From: Takakia lepidozioides
Lineage: Eukaryota > Plantae > Bryophyta
Direction: 5' to 3'
Assembly: GCA_030704615.1 (NCBI GenBank)
Contig: CM060734.1
Span: 7,316,001-7,380,000 of the forward strand
DNA length: 64,000 bases
This document shows, one piece after another, positions 52,300-64,000 of the stretch. Each line of letters starts with the position of its first letter. Within the stretch, counting starts at the first letter, position 1. The notes under the pieces are model-generated. The model saw nothing but the letters and a program-made list of their open reading frames with translations. It did no database searches and was not told the origin of the DNA. The translations under genes and the position numbers were made by a program.

Positions 52300-54940
52300 G
52301 ACCGCAGATCCTGATGCGGCGGAGGCACACAATGGCATATACGTCTTCTGGTGGTCTCCATTGGCATTCAGGACTACCCTTTGCATTTTGCAGACATATA
52401 TGCCACGACTGGGCAAATGTGGCAGACCTAAAAGCCAGGATCTGTTGTAGTGACTCTATTCTAGAGGTGAAACGACGGTGTGGATATGACTATATCCAAG
52501 ACATCATGAGGAGGCGCCGGTGCAAGCGGTGGCCGGCTGCAAGCTCGGCGACCAAATAATTGAAGGGCATAGGGTAAGCCCTAGCAGGTTTCCAAGGCAA
52601 GGCAGTGAAACCGACCGTTGTTTCATTTTCAAAATGTCAACATGTGGGTCTGGGAGTGGAGTCGACTTGGTCACTCGAATGACAAGTGAAAACTGGTCAA
52701 ATGCTTGGGTGATGTTTGACCACATCAAGCGAATTACAAAACATGCATGGGTGACCATGGATGCGCATGTTTATGACTATCACTCCAAAAGGCTATGACG
52801 ATTGCAATCTGCGAGATGAAAGGGGAGGACACACAATCCGGAGATGCATCTGTGGGAGGGCATAAACGAGTAGATAGCAAGGGCGGGTTTGCCTAAGCCA
52901 AATTTTGGGGGATTCATGGCAGACAACGCACAGGCCAATTGGGCAGTGGTGCGGCGTGTGTATAGTGAGGACCCAAATGTTCCGATGGAGGGGAAAGAGA
53001 GATCCTGTGGATTCCATTTTTTGCAGATTCTTTCTCATTATGTAAGCAAATTTGTTGCAAGCGCATTCCAAGCTGACCACCGTGCCCTGAGTATCTCTTG
53101 GAAGGATGCACCCACATTTGATGATGTCAAGACAGAGTTTGCATGCATTGAGGCTTGGTGGAACACGTCAGGTGCACTGGAGGAAATCAATGTAGGAGCC
53201 ATGCACAGTTGGTTGGGGTGGTGGCATTACCGGTTCGGACAGTTCGGACAGTACATGCTGGAGGTATGATGACAGACTTTTACCTTAGCAACAGTATTTT
53301 TACACACATTCCCATTTTCCCTCACCATTGTTTCTGTCCTTGTAGGACATGTGCCTGGATTTGGACACGGACATGCCGACCACAAATATGGCTGAATCAG
53401 TTCACTCCTCATGGCGAGTGTCTTCTGCTGCACATCTGGTCGACCTCCTGACGGCCACAATGGATGACATCGACAAATCAATCATCCAGCAAGCCAGGTA
53501 CTACAAATGGGGCTTTGGGCCGGATAGGAAAGAATTGTTGGTATGAACAGCTTCGAGGTCGAAGAATCCAGTGAAATGGGCGACGACATTGCGAGAGAAG
53601 ATCAAAGGGATGCCTTTGCACCTGGAGAGGGACGTCCGTACTCGTTGGTGGAGAATTGAAGACGAACCCGGCTGCAACGAGGATTCTTGGTTATCCGATA
53701 GGAACATTTGGACTGCACCTCGAGGTCCAGTCATGTTGCCGCACAATGTCTCTTCCAGCAGTGGAAGCCCAACAGTTTCAAGATCGCCACCGCCTTCAAG
53801 CGGGGATTCCATACCTGAAATTCCATTGCCACATCTGCCCAAGATTCCCTCCCAACAACAACCACTATGGGAACCCATTGTGGAGACAACAGTGTCTACG
53901 TCACAATGGAGAATTGCTCGCACATTGCCGGCATTTCGAGGTAGGTGTTCCGCAATTCAAGTGGATACACGGCAACGTTGTGGAGAGATGATAAGGAGGA
54001 ACCCAGTTGGAGCTGTCCCTGGTCCTACTTTCACGGAAAGATCTGTTTGTGCAAAGTTTGTGGAGGCGACGACGACCCAGTTCTGGTTTTGTAGGCACGC
54101 CATTATGACTTGTGTCTATGGAAAGCCCAAGTACGACATACAAGTAATGCCAGAGGTCCCACGGTGTGGCCGGTGGAACCGGGATGCAATCTGAGTCAGG
54201 TTGAGGCCAACGCCCTTACTGCAGTAGGATTTCGGACGGTGCAGCGCACAGACATCCCCACACAACCATTTCCGGTTCAACAATGTCAACCACCGACCAT
54301 TATGAGAGCAAGAACAGACCGATGCGATAACTCTGCGCATCCTACAATGCGTTTGGGGAAAGCAAAGAGACGGAGACCTGCCTCAAAAGTGAACGAGAGA
54401 AGGATGGGGAATGCACTTGGGATGAACTGTACAATCCAGAGCTCACGAGAAGTGCCCCCACCAGGCTTTGGGCGTGTGTATCAGATGGCCACGGCAGGCT
54501 CAGCTAACCGCAACGAGGTGTACACCATCACAATTTCAGAATTACTCACCTGCAATTGCCCCGACTTCCAGACCATGGCGGCGAAGGCGGGATCTTATTG
54601 CCCTTGCAAACATCTGTACTATGTGTATCTAAAGAGACTCAGGTGTAATTCCACAACTCATCACTTCATACATGCACCAACGTTGAGCCCCAATGAGGTG
54701 CACAGGCTTCTCAATATGGATCCAGGGCACCAGTGAGCTTGGTTTCCGGGGCACAAGACAATGTTACGCTCATCCTTTCCAAAGTTTCAGTTATAGTTGA
54801 ACTGTACTGCTGCAAGTACCTCTGACTTTGGCAACAGAACTGTTCGAGTTATGTCTTGTCTACCAGTACCTACTTTGGTTATACTAAGATACTAATATGT
54901 CATTGCCTTCTGTTTCCATGTGCCAAGATTTTTTTTTTTT
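52300..54940 (+). mobile_element. Third MULE transposase copy (DDE core to SWIM), pseudogenised, no TIR seen
   Basis: WVMFDHIKR, FMADNAQANW, CGFHFLQ, TTNMAESVH, CNCPDF..PCKHLYY (stop 54736); same intron position (about 53265-53345); 3' UTR matches 50740-50930. Confidence 0.88.
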
Positions 54941-55875
54941 ACAAGGAGAAGACGGGATCTTTGAGAGTTAGCTGACGATCAGTCCGGTGGGCATGAGGAT
55001 GAGGATGAGGGGGGGGGGGGGACTGCCGTGATCTAGTCCACTTGAGGATATTGATGAGGATGAGGATAGTGATGATTGTTGAACGGAGTTTATGCACCCA
55101 TCCCTTAGCCAATCTTGGTGGATATTCTAGATGGGAGGCATTGGAATACTCTAAGTATTTATGCCGCTCAGAATATGTAGACATGACTTGTTGCGGATGG
55201 AATCATGATGGATTAATGATGCACAATCTCTTCCGGTATCACAAGGCTTCGTGGCTTCAGTGAACTTGGGTATCCTTTACATAGATAGAGTGGTTCTCCT
55301 TAATGAAGATGGTTTGATGATTTCATGTAAGGGTCTTGACTGGCTTCTGCTACAATTCTCTACTTAGCTACTCCTTAGCTTATGAGTTCTTATATCAGGT
55401 ACAGTTCTAAGTGTGGGGATCTCGTTGAGGTCCTTTGATTATATTCCTATTTAAGTACATAAGCATTCTCATTTCCTAAGCATTCATATTACCAAGACAA
55501 GTACACAAGTCTCCAATAAGCATCATTCTCTTTATCAGCTCATAGCAACATAATACAATGTCCTATTCCCCTCATCACACTGTGTCTTTAAGTACATAAC
55601 ACTCTCTGGAACATATGCATAGGTTCTCACGTGCAAGCATAAGGCAGGGTCATAACTTAGGCTCCTAAATACAGAAGTGTGATCCCCTTTACAGCCTTGC
55701 CTCTGTCTTAAATACCCCCACGACTTCCTTAACCGCCATCATAGCCAATGGTTATAACTCCCCTACGGTGGAATAACCTATGGTAGAGTTGCTAACTCCA
55801 CTATCGCCAACTGCTGTCTATAGTCGGTCCATGGCTATTGTTACCATAGACGTACCATAGTGACTATTGTCTATG

Positions 55876-58800
55876 GGAGGTTTACTATTTCATGAGCCAG
55901 AAACCAAACTTCATTCTGCTGAAATTCGGCCCTCCTAGCACATGTGGTATCTGTTGCATGTACATCAAATTTGTCCTCATTGCGAGCGGGGCTCTTGCAA
56001 GGGAGCCCTCGTTTTTCCTTGCTTGGAGAGACTCCGGGCCCGGACTCTATGTACACAGTGGACATTGCCAAAGACTGGCATTCAAAGCATCTTCGTGACT
56101 GTCCGTGGTACTTGGATACAACGCCCGGAATGCTAGACCCAAGTGAGTTCCAGATGTAGGTGGAGGCCAATGAACGGCAGATTCGTGCCCCTCTTCGGCC
56201 AATGCAGCCAAGTGAGGCTGCTGCTCTTGCTCAATCATGGAAGGCAGCTGTTCTCGCATAGAAGACGCTGGATCAGGCCTTGCAAGAGAAACAGAAGGGA
56301 ACCAAGAAGAGGACCCGCATGCAAAACAATCCCGCTGGGACTCCAAAGAAGACGAAGAAGCAGAAACAACAGGAGCAGGAAGAGGCTGAAGAGGAGGGCG
56401 AAGACGGGGACTTTGCTACCAGCCCACCTCCCAATGCCCAGGCAAATTCCCCTGTGGTCCCCATTGTGAAAGCTGCCAGATCAAGTGGTGGCTCAACATA
56501 GAAGACACTCTTCAATCAAGTAGGGTGGCACCCGTATGCCGCAGTAGAGATTCCTCGCAAGCCTAAATTGGAGCCACCAACAATGATTGAGTGTTTCAAC
56601 GAGAGTTTTTTGGACGCATTGGATGGCAGGGCCGCTAAGTTGGCACGCATGAAGGTTGTTGAGGGCCTGAAAGGCAAAGCTTTGAAGAAGGCAACTGCAC
56701 AAGAGCTTGCAGACACTCCGGGATTTACTGCCATGATGGACTTCTTTGTGGCAACAAGTGAAAGGAAGAATAGTACAAGGGGTGGACAACAGATGGACTG
56801 GTCCTATGATTTGATCATTTTGGATATTCCAGATGGAGAATAGCTGGATGGACTGGATACTGCCCTCTTGGAACATGTACTCCGAGGACTTCTGGAAGAA
56901 AGGGTTTGGGCTAGCCCAGATGCTACTGGATGACATAGGCTGTGTTGTGGTCCTTGCAGGCAGAGGCAAGAACACTGAGACAGGAATTGCCAAGTAGACC
57001 CGTAAGAGTGGCGTTCCTATTCTGAAGAAGAGGTGGACCTGCATCAACACAATGGGCCTTTGTTCGAAGGGCAACCAGATAATTCACTCCCTCCCAAAAA
57101 CAATCGGTTGGCATTTCTAATTGTAGACTGGAATGCGGCGCCAAATTCTCCTTATCAATGTGGTCCATTCACTATTTATGTCCATTGTGTTTGCAGACTC
57201 TCTCATGTGTTTGATGCTTTCTATTTTGTGAAGGAGGGCTCCAACTTCAAATTCTGCCGAGATGGATTGCTCGTTGATTCCACCGTCAACCCCGTCGATT
57301 ACGACGTCATGTACAACAACGTTCCCAAGGATTGCCTCCCTTGTGATTTTGAAAACAAGCCTCTCTGTTACGCGCAGATTCGGAGCCCTGACTTCATGCA
57401 AACCATAGTGGAGACATGCAGCTTAGTGGAGGGCAGAGTGCTCAACCTCACTTGTGGAATAGGTACCACTACGAAGCACCGCTCTGATCTTTCAAGTTTC
57501 AGTTTGTACACATGGTATAGAGCAATCTGTTAATACTGACTGGAACTCGTTTCTCTCAGGTGCCTCATTGTGGGTTGGGCAATTTTTGGACAGGCACGTG
57601 TTTTCCTTCGAGGAGGACATTGGCCTCTATGATTCCCACCTGGCAGGGCTTCAACGACTGTCGGCGGAGGCTGCCAAGTCAGCCGATGACTCGGAGGAGG
57701 AAGAGGAAGAAGAGGAGGGGACGGTTGACATACCTGCAAAGGAAAACCTTGTTTACGAGTGAGTGCCACATTGTCAGTTTGCAAAGCCTTGATTGTCATT
57801 TCTTCAATTACCTTGCGTGTCCCTTTGTGGTAGACATTATTCTAAGTAATTACATATTATGCAGGATTCCAAGTTTTGCGTCCAAATCAATACCGCCTCA
57901 TTCCGTTGGCAAGGCTCATCTACTATTTTTGGTCAGGCCGAGCTTTTTGCAAAGCCCTGTCAAGGACTTTGCTCTTCCATCTTATGCAAATAGACTTGCA
58001 AGTCCGCAATTAGACACTACGAACAAAATAGAGTAGAGCAGGTTCTGGAGAGGTCAAGAGAGAATAAAAGGAGGATGAAAGAGTTGGCTGCCACCATGAG
58101 AGCCAGACGCGTGCGGGCCTTTGCATGCAATTCCGCATCAGAGGAACAGGGAATCCTTGAAGGCAATTCTAAATCGGTTCACATAATCTTCCATGCTTTA
58201 TGTTCCCTCCCAAGGTATGTATAGGTTGAATTGCGAGGTTTGGATGTTCAGTTGATCGTTTGCATTTGCATTATCTGCGTTCCCGTTGAAATGTTTGTTA
58301 TTGTCTTCTGCATTGAAGAAATGAATAGAGCGGAAAACAAAGGGAAGTTTCAGATTGGGACAATTACCTGGAACCACCAAGTCATCCGGTTGAGCCATGC
58401 ATTGAACCTGTCGATGGAGATGTCTTTTGGGAAAGACCACATGCTCCTTAGAGACTCAGATGCATTCCAAATTGAGAGCCACCTTGTCTGCCATTCCTAG
58501 CCAATGTCAGGAAGAGCGACTGTGCTCGCAATTGTGGAATATGAAGAAGTTCTACAAACGAACCTTACCTTCTCTTTTGCATCAACACAAGCCGTTGACA
58601 CGTGATGCAGTTTCTCCAATTGCATGGTTGGGTGAATGGCCCGAGAATAATGCTTTGCTATCTCGCACAAAAAGTCCTGTCCCAGAGCCAGATCTGCTAT
58701 CGCCACCAACTTCACAAGCTTGGATTTGTATTTGATTTTGGACTTCACCCCAATACTCTTTCAGTGCCTCCACTATTTTAGGCTTGGACATCATCACATT

Positions 58801-61500
58801 CCATGAACAAGCGTTTGGCGTGGGCCAAATCCAACTTGATGTTTGGCCCTGCAAACACCCAAATGCACCAACCAGTCATTCAAATCCTCTGCACAGAAGA
58901 GAGAAAAAATGAGAGGGACTCCTATGAAGGAAGAGGGAGTAGGACGTACTTCATAAACCACCTCTACCCTTGCATCCGGGTAGATGCAAGGTAAGGTGGA
59001 CCAAAATGGACGTCACCGATACAGTTTTCAGTGACTGTCGTGCATGATATCATGAATTGCTTTGAATAGAATCAATAATGTTGAGAAACATTTTCCATGC
59101 TGGATTCCTAACTTCAATATCTACCTATATCAACCGTTAAATTGTCAATTGATCAAATAAAATGTCCAAGAGGTATGGACTTTTTTTAACACGATAATGG
59201 TGGACTGCCACCGCTGCATATGAAAATACATGGACTCAAAATAAGCCATTGTGCCTTTGGTGTATTGCCTTGAACTTTTGATCTAAGGGGGCCAATTTAG
59301 AGAACACTATAGTTTTCAATTTAAAATGACAATATCAGTTGTCATTTACTACCTATGGATTAATATGAGTGTTATATATAGGGGATTTGTTCTAGTTTAG
59401 TACATCTTGTGTTTTGGGCTTTGGAGGTGTCAAATTTTATTGAAAAGGATACAAAAATATAATCTATAATGGCTTGGTTGTATATATACTACAAACTTTT
59501 TTTTTTAGTTCAAATTAAAGACTAAAATTTATAGTAAAAATTATCTTTGATGTTTGGGGTAAGACCCTTTACTAAAAATGTTAAATATACCATTGTCTAT
59601 CATCATTTGAATTATTTGGGGAAATATCGTCAACTTTAAATTTGGTCATGGACTTCCATGGAAGGCAACATCTGCCGTTTTTGGTCCACCTTACCCTGCA
59701 ACTACCCATCCATGCTAAGCCATGTCCAATCAGATTTCGCCTCTGATTTCTGGATAAGGTCCGTAGATCGAGGAAATCTGCATACTTTGACACATGAGTC
59801 TGACCCAGTGAGGAAACCCTGTACAACATGTGTGCCATATGGATGGAGACATATGCATTTTCAGTCACCCTACAAGGCCGACAGTCCAATTCAGTATATG
59901 AAAGTCGAGGAAGGACGTTTTCTGAAGACAAACATAGAGATTATGAAATTCGGCACCGCATTGTGGGATACACGAGGATGGGAAGAGGAATCGTACATGT
60001 TGATGTTTGCCAGGGCACTTTTCAGCAAGGTCCTATCTTTGGCTTCCATCTTCAGAACCACACTGTCCACCATGTAGTGCCAATTGATTTCGTCGGGGTG
60101 GTTCTGCTTGATGTACTCTCTCCAGGTAGAAGACGGTGATTCCCATCCCAGACAAAAAAAACATTTTCCCCTTCATGTGTGCAAACATAGGATCAGCTGC
60201 TAGCATCATTTTGAATTCCTTGTTGTGAGTATGCCAATGGGGACCCCAAGCTGCTTCTTCTTCCGCTGTTGGGCCACAAGATTCACCTTCGTCATTCTCA
60301 ATGGAATCGTAGAAGGCGGCTGACCCCACCGGGGTAGCCTTCTCGGAATGCAAACTTCATTTTGTCAACGTCCCATGGGATAGCAGGCCTCACTAGCGGG
60401 AGGAAATTCTGAGGGTGTGAGAATACACCATGCTCCCCAAAACTCTGTCAATGCTGGTGTGAGTCTCCTCCAACATTTTGGCAGCTGCCATCTGAAAGTC
60501 CTCATGCGATATTTCAGGTGGTGGGGGAAGGGGCTGCTCAGACGGAGCACCCATTGGTCTGCATGTACTCTTCTTCATGTAAGCCGACACTTCCTCTAGG
60601 AGAGTAGAGTCGTCAACCAGGTACGTCAACAAACGTCGTCATCCAGGTAATCGAACTGCCCGACATTGTCATTATCCTGTTTTTCAGCAAGTGCATTTGC
60701 AGGAGCCGCTGCAAGAGCAGCATGTTCGGGATTGTTGCCCAACGTTGCAGGACCAGCGGCTGGTCTGCTGTAGCTGATATATTGTCCCCGGTTTCTTTCT
60801 GAAACTCGACCAGCAACATCTTTTTTGCAAGCGGAAGAGGTTTTGTTGGAGACTCATCTGCCTTTCCTTTTAGAACCTTCTGCTTCTTGCGGTTTGCACC
60901 GGAAGGGGACTCCGGTGGGCGAGTTTTCTCCACCCTTGGACTGAGCTTTTTCATCACCGGTGTTTTTCCTCCTGATGCCATTGTGCTGTGGACATCAAAC
61001 CTCCACCTTGCCGAAGCACTTCCCACAACCGCACAATATCCAAGCTCGCAAATTCTGCTCTTGGTGAAACCCACTACCCAGCGGTTTGTCCTTGTGGTTG
61101 TTGTTGGGGAGTGGTGGTAGTGATCTGGGGTCGTTGGGAAGCCCTTGCAGTGCTTGAAGGTCGCGGGGGTGTCTGGGCTGCGGCAGCTTCCTCTGTTCGC
61201 TCCTACGGCTCTTCAATTTCATGTGATCCCTCCACCTGTGTTGGAATCAGGCATCTAAACATTTGCATGCATTCAAAAATGAACGTAGAAGAAGAAAGGC
61301 ATCGTAAGAAGAAAGACGAAGAAACAAGGAAGCACAAAAGAAAGTGTGTTTCGGTGCTCGATCAAGGGACCGCATCCTGAAAGCACCAAGCTCTCACTGG
61401 AGGCTGCGTCACCTGCGAGTTGGTGAGGATCATCTCCTCCGGAAGGCAAAGGTGCTTCTTCTTAGGCATTGGTCTCGGACCCAAATAGAGTGGGCAGAGT
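55876..61500. mobile_element. Sister MULE end with TIR and a second, internally inverted ParB-MTase gene copy
   Basis: TIR GGAGGTTTACTATTTCATGAGC at 55876. MTase half on + (about 55980-58150: FLAWR..HLRDCPWY, DLIILDIPDG, RVLNLTCGIG..RHVFSFEED). ParB half on - (about 61000-58160: AAAKMLEETH, GSAAFY, WGPHW, KSKIKYKSK..AIAD, NRMTWWFQ). Right boundary approximate. Confidence 0.8.
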
Positions 61501-63595
61501 TGCGTTGGCGTCTAGTTAGTAATTAGGAAGAGAGCCCCGCTTTCGTTTATAAACCCTCTCAGGGCGGTGGGACCCTTCTAGAAGGGTGGGACACATGTCA
61601 GGCCCTAATCAGGCCTACTCCCACCACTCGGCACCTGTATCCTAACTACCCAAATTGGCCTGAACCGTCCCCTATTTAATAGGTATCACCTTCTTGCCTT
61701 TTTTTTTTTGGACCCCTTCATTTCTTGAAATCCCTCTACATATGCCTTATTATGTAAGGCCCCCACTCTAATTCCTGGACCACTCTAGAATGAACATGGC
61801 CTCAAATTGGGGGGCTTATTGAGTTCAACCCTCCCCCCCCCCCACGTCCCCCCTTTAAATTTCTTTGTGGTCTTTTATTGACTCAATGGTAGAAAAATCC
61901 TCGTTTTTGGATAGCTTATAGCCCCGAGCAAGGGCTCGGGAACGCACTGCCCCCGGGCCATCCCGGAGTAGGGAGGAGCGAATACCGCCCCAAGACGGCG
62001 GGAAACTTGCATGAACAAGAAATACAGTAGCCTAAAAATTAGGCTACAGTAGGATGAATAGTGTATGAAGAGAGGTAGAAGATGACGGATTGCGCACTTA
62101 AAATATACCTCCCCCTACCTTTTCTTAGGAACAAGTGAGATTTGGGAGGGACTTGGAACGAAAGAGGGGTGGGCCCACCAATTCACTTATTTTAATAGTT
62201 TAGCCAAGCACGCTTTGCTAGTTTTGAATGATTTTCATTAACGAAGGAGTGATTTATCATCCAAAGGGGATAAACACCATTCATTAGTAGTAGAAGTTGG
62301 TCAACTCTGCGGGAACATGTTCCCTCTACGATAGTGAATAGTTCCCAGTGTAATCTTGTGTTCTCAAGTGGTACCCTTGATCCCCTGGAGGTAATTCTGG
62401 TATCCCTGGGATCTTTTGGAGATTCTCCACCCATAGGAATTTTCTTGTTTTTCTTCATTTTTATTAATTTTTATTTGATTTTCTGCTATTTTTTAATCCA
62501 GTAAATAACCATTGCAATTTAGGAGTTTCTAACGCCCCCCCCCTTTAAACTGAAAACTGAGTTTTAAAGGGATTTAGCCCTTCCTAAGGGTTGTCTTGAT
62601 CCTAAACACCCATGAATTGGAGGGGCAGTGGGAAGAGGTATCCCTCTTCCTCCCTAAACTCGGTAGGCGCTTTGTGAAGGGACCACAAGAGGATCCCGGC
62701 TATAAGCACCTCGGGGTTTAGGCCTGTAGGAAACTTAGAAAATAAGTAAGACTTGGAAGACAATCAATGTATAAAAAATCGTAAACAGACCGTAGGACGT
62801 AGGAACGCAACCTTGCCCTGTGAAGAAGATTGAACTTTTCTTTGCCGGTAGAATTAGAATTTTGTTCACTGATTTCACAACTAACACATCACGGATCCCC
62901 TACACTAACTGCAGTCGGGTGGGCGGTTCTCCGAGCCCAACCCATTCCGCTACACACCTCGACCCCTCCTAGCTAGTATGCCGGCACCCTGGCTGCGTGC
63001 ACCCATGGCTCATCAAAGACTCGGGTCTTTTGAAGATCACTCAGAGTTGTTCGGTTATCTTCAGAAAGAAATCTCAATTTGTGGCTTTGTTTGGAGATAA
63101 GAAGGGAAAAAAGAGGGGCAAAACTCCAGTTGGGATTGTTGTCATCTCATCCACTTTCCTCCCCCCCTGACTTCAGTTGGATTTCCTCCCGGCTGCTATC
63201 TTGAAACAACTGCATGCAAGCTGCAACATACACAACTGCAACTGTGGCAAGACAAAATTTGAACAGGATTTTGGTACAAGCGGGTGGTGGGCATTTCTGT
63301 CCTCAACATGGGACAGCTGCTGTCCAGTTGCCCAACTGAACACCTGGCACACCATCAAATGTAAGGCTACTTTTCCTGAAAGAATTCCAATTTTAAACCC
63401 TATTAACGTACAAGCTTGATGTTACTACAGCAGTACCCTTATTTTGCTTCCAAACTATTCCTGGTTAGGGAGGCTTCACCTGTCACTGAGGACTAGGTGA
63501 CCATAAGGGAAGTGAGAAAAGGGCCTGGAGGCAAATCTTCAATGTACAAGCAAGGGCAAAGCCATCATGCGTGAGGAGGGACTCTATGGTTGGAT

Positions 63596-64000
63596 TCACA
63601 TCATCATGTTTAGGTCAGACAAATCATCCATTGGAACGTCTAAACCCATGAGAAGCTCATCTGATGGTTGCAAGCTGGGGTCCTCGACCTCAAAGTCAAG
63701 CCATGCCCCCAAGGCTTGTGCACTCAAATCCGTACCCATATCTTCCATGCCAGGCAGGGGCAACTGTGAGAGGTCTACAACTGCCTCACTGTCAATCCCA
63801 CGCCTGGGCTCTTGAGAAGGAACAGGGGCCAGCAGTATTGGAGCAAGTTCCTGCTTTGCGTGTGCCAACCTCTGTATGGATGGTTGTTGTGCAGCTGGGG
63901 CCTGCCCCTTCGAGAATTGCTGCTGAATGGGAGGTTTCGGAAACAATCCATTCACAGGTTTTAAGAGAGGCACATTTTTAAGTCGTGGTTTCGTCTTGGT
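63596..64000 (-). CDS. Terminal exon of a conserved plant protein, probably the ADA3-like (At4g29790/At2g19390-type) family; continues beyond the window
   Basis: C-terminus DLSQLPLPGMED..WLDFE..LQ..MGLDVPMDDLSDLNMMM* matches my recollection of that family's conserved tail; not verified by search. Confidence 0.6.
   Translation of the reverse strand, partial: TKTKPRLKNVPLLKPVNGLFPKPPIQQQFSKGQAPAAQQPSIQRLAHAKQELAPILLAPVPSQEPRRGIDSEAVVDLSQLPLPGMEDMGTDLSAQALGAWLDFEVEDPSLQPSDELLMGLDVPMDDLSDLNMMM

Noticed and set aside
54950-55870. Possible LTR-like segments here and at 455-800 and 61500-63000
   Set aside because: No paired LTR, PBS or TSD could be established by eye.
51649-55876. TIRs at 51649 and 55876 as the two ends of one element
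   Set aside because: They face outward from each other and share no TSD; they belong to separate fragments.

Overview
Eukaryotic land-plant DNA (spliceosomal introns, plant polygalacturonase; a non-seed plant is my guess). An intact 9-exon GH28 polygalacturonase gene (3267-7217, +) and the last exon of a probable ADA3-like gene (about 63.6-64 kb, -) bracket a roughly 55-kb nest of decayed transposons. The main discovery is an 18,042-bp Mutator-like element (16785-34826) with short TIRs and a perfect 9-bp target-site duplication (CGTTTATGG), inserted into a hAT transposase ORF. It carries two divergent intron-containing genes: a GCM-like/MULE-DDE/SWIM transposase and a large ParB/Srx-like (DGNHR) plus beta-class N4C/N6A DNA-methyltransferase-like gene. 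Between them lie about 6 kb of palindromic tandem arrays built on GGAAATTCGGCGCCGAATTTCC. Three more fragments of a diverged sister family (49.2-61.5 kb) carry the same genes, similar TIRs and a symmetrically altered palindrome. Separately, a Ty3/gypsy element (43.1-49.2 kb) encodes a DNMT3/DRM-like C5 cytosine methyltransferase in frame between protease and RT. All TE genes contain premature stops, mostly CGA>TGA or CAG>TAG. Domain calls come from reading motifs by eye; no database searches were run.
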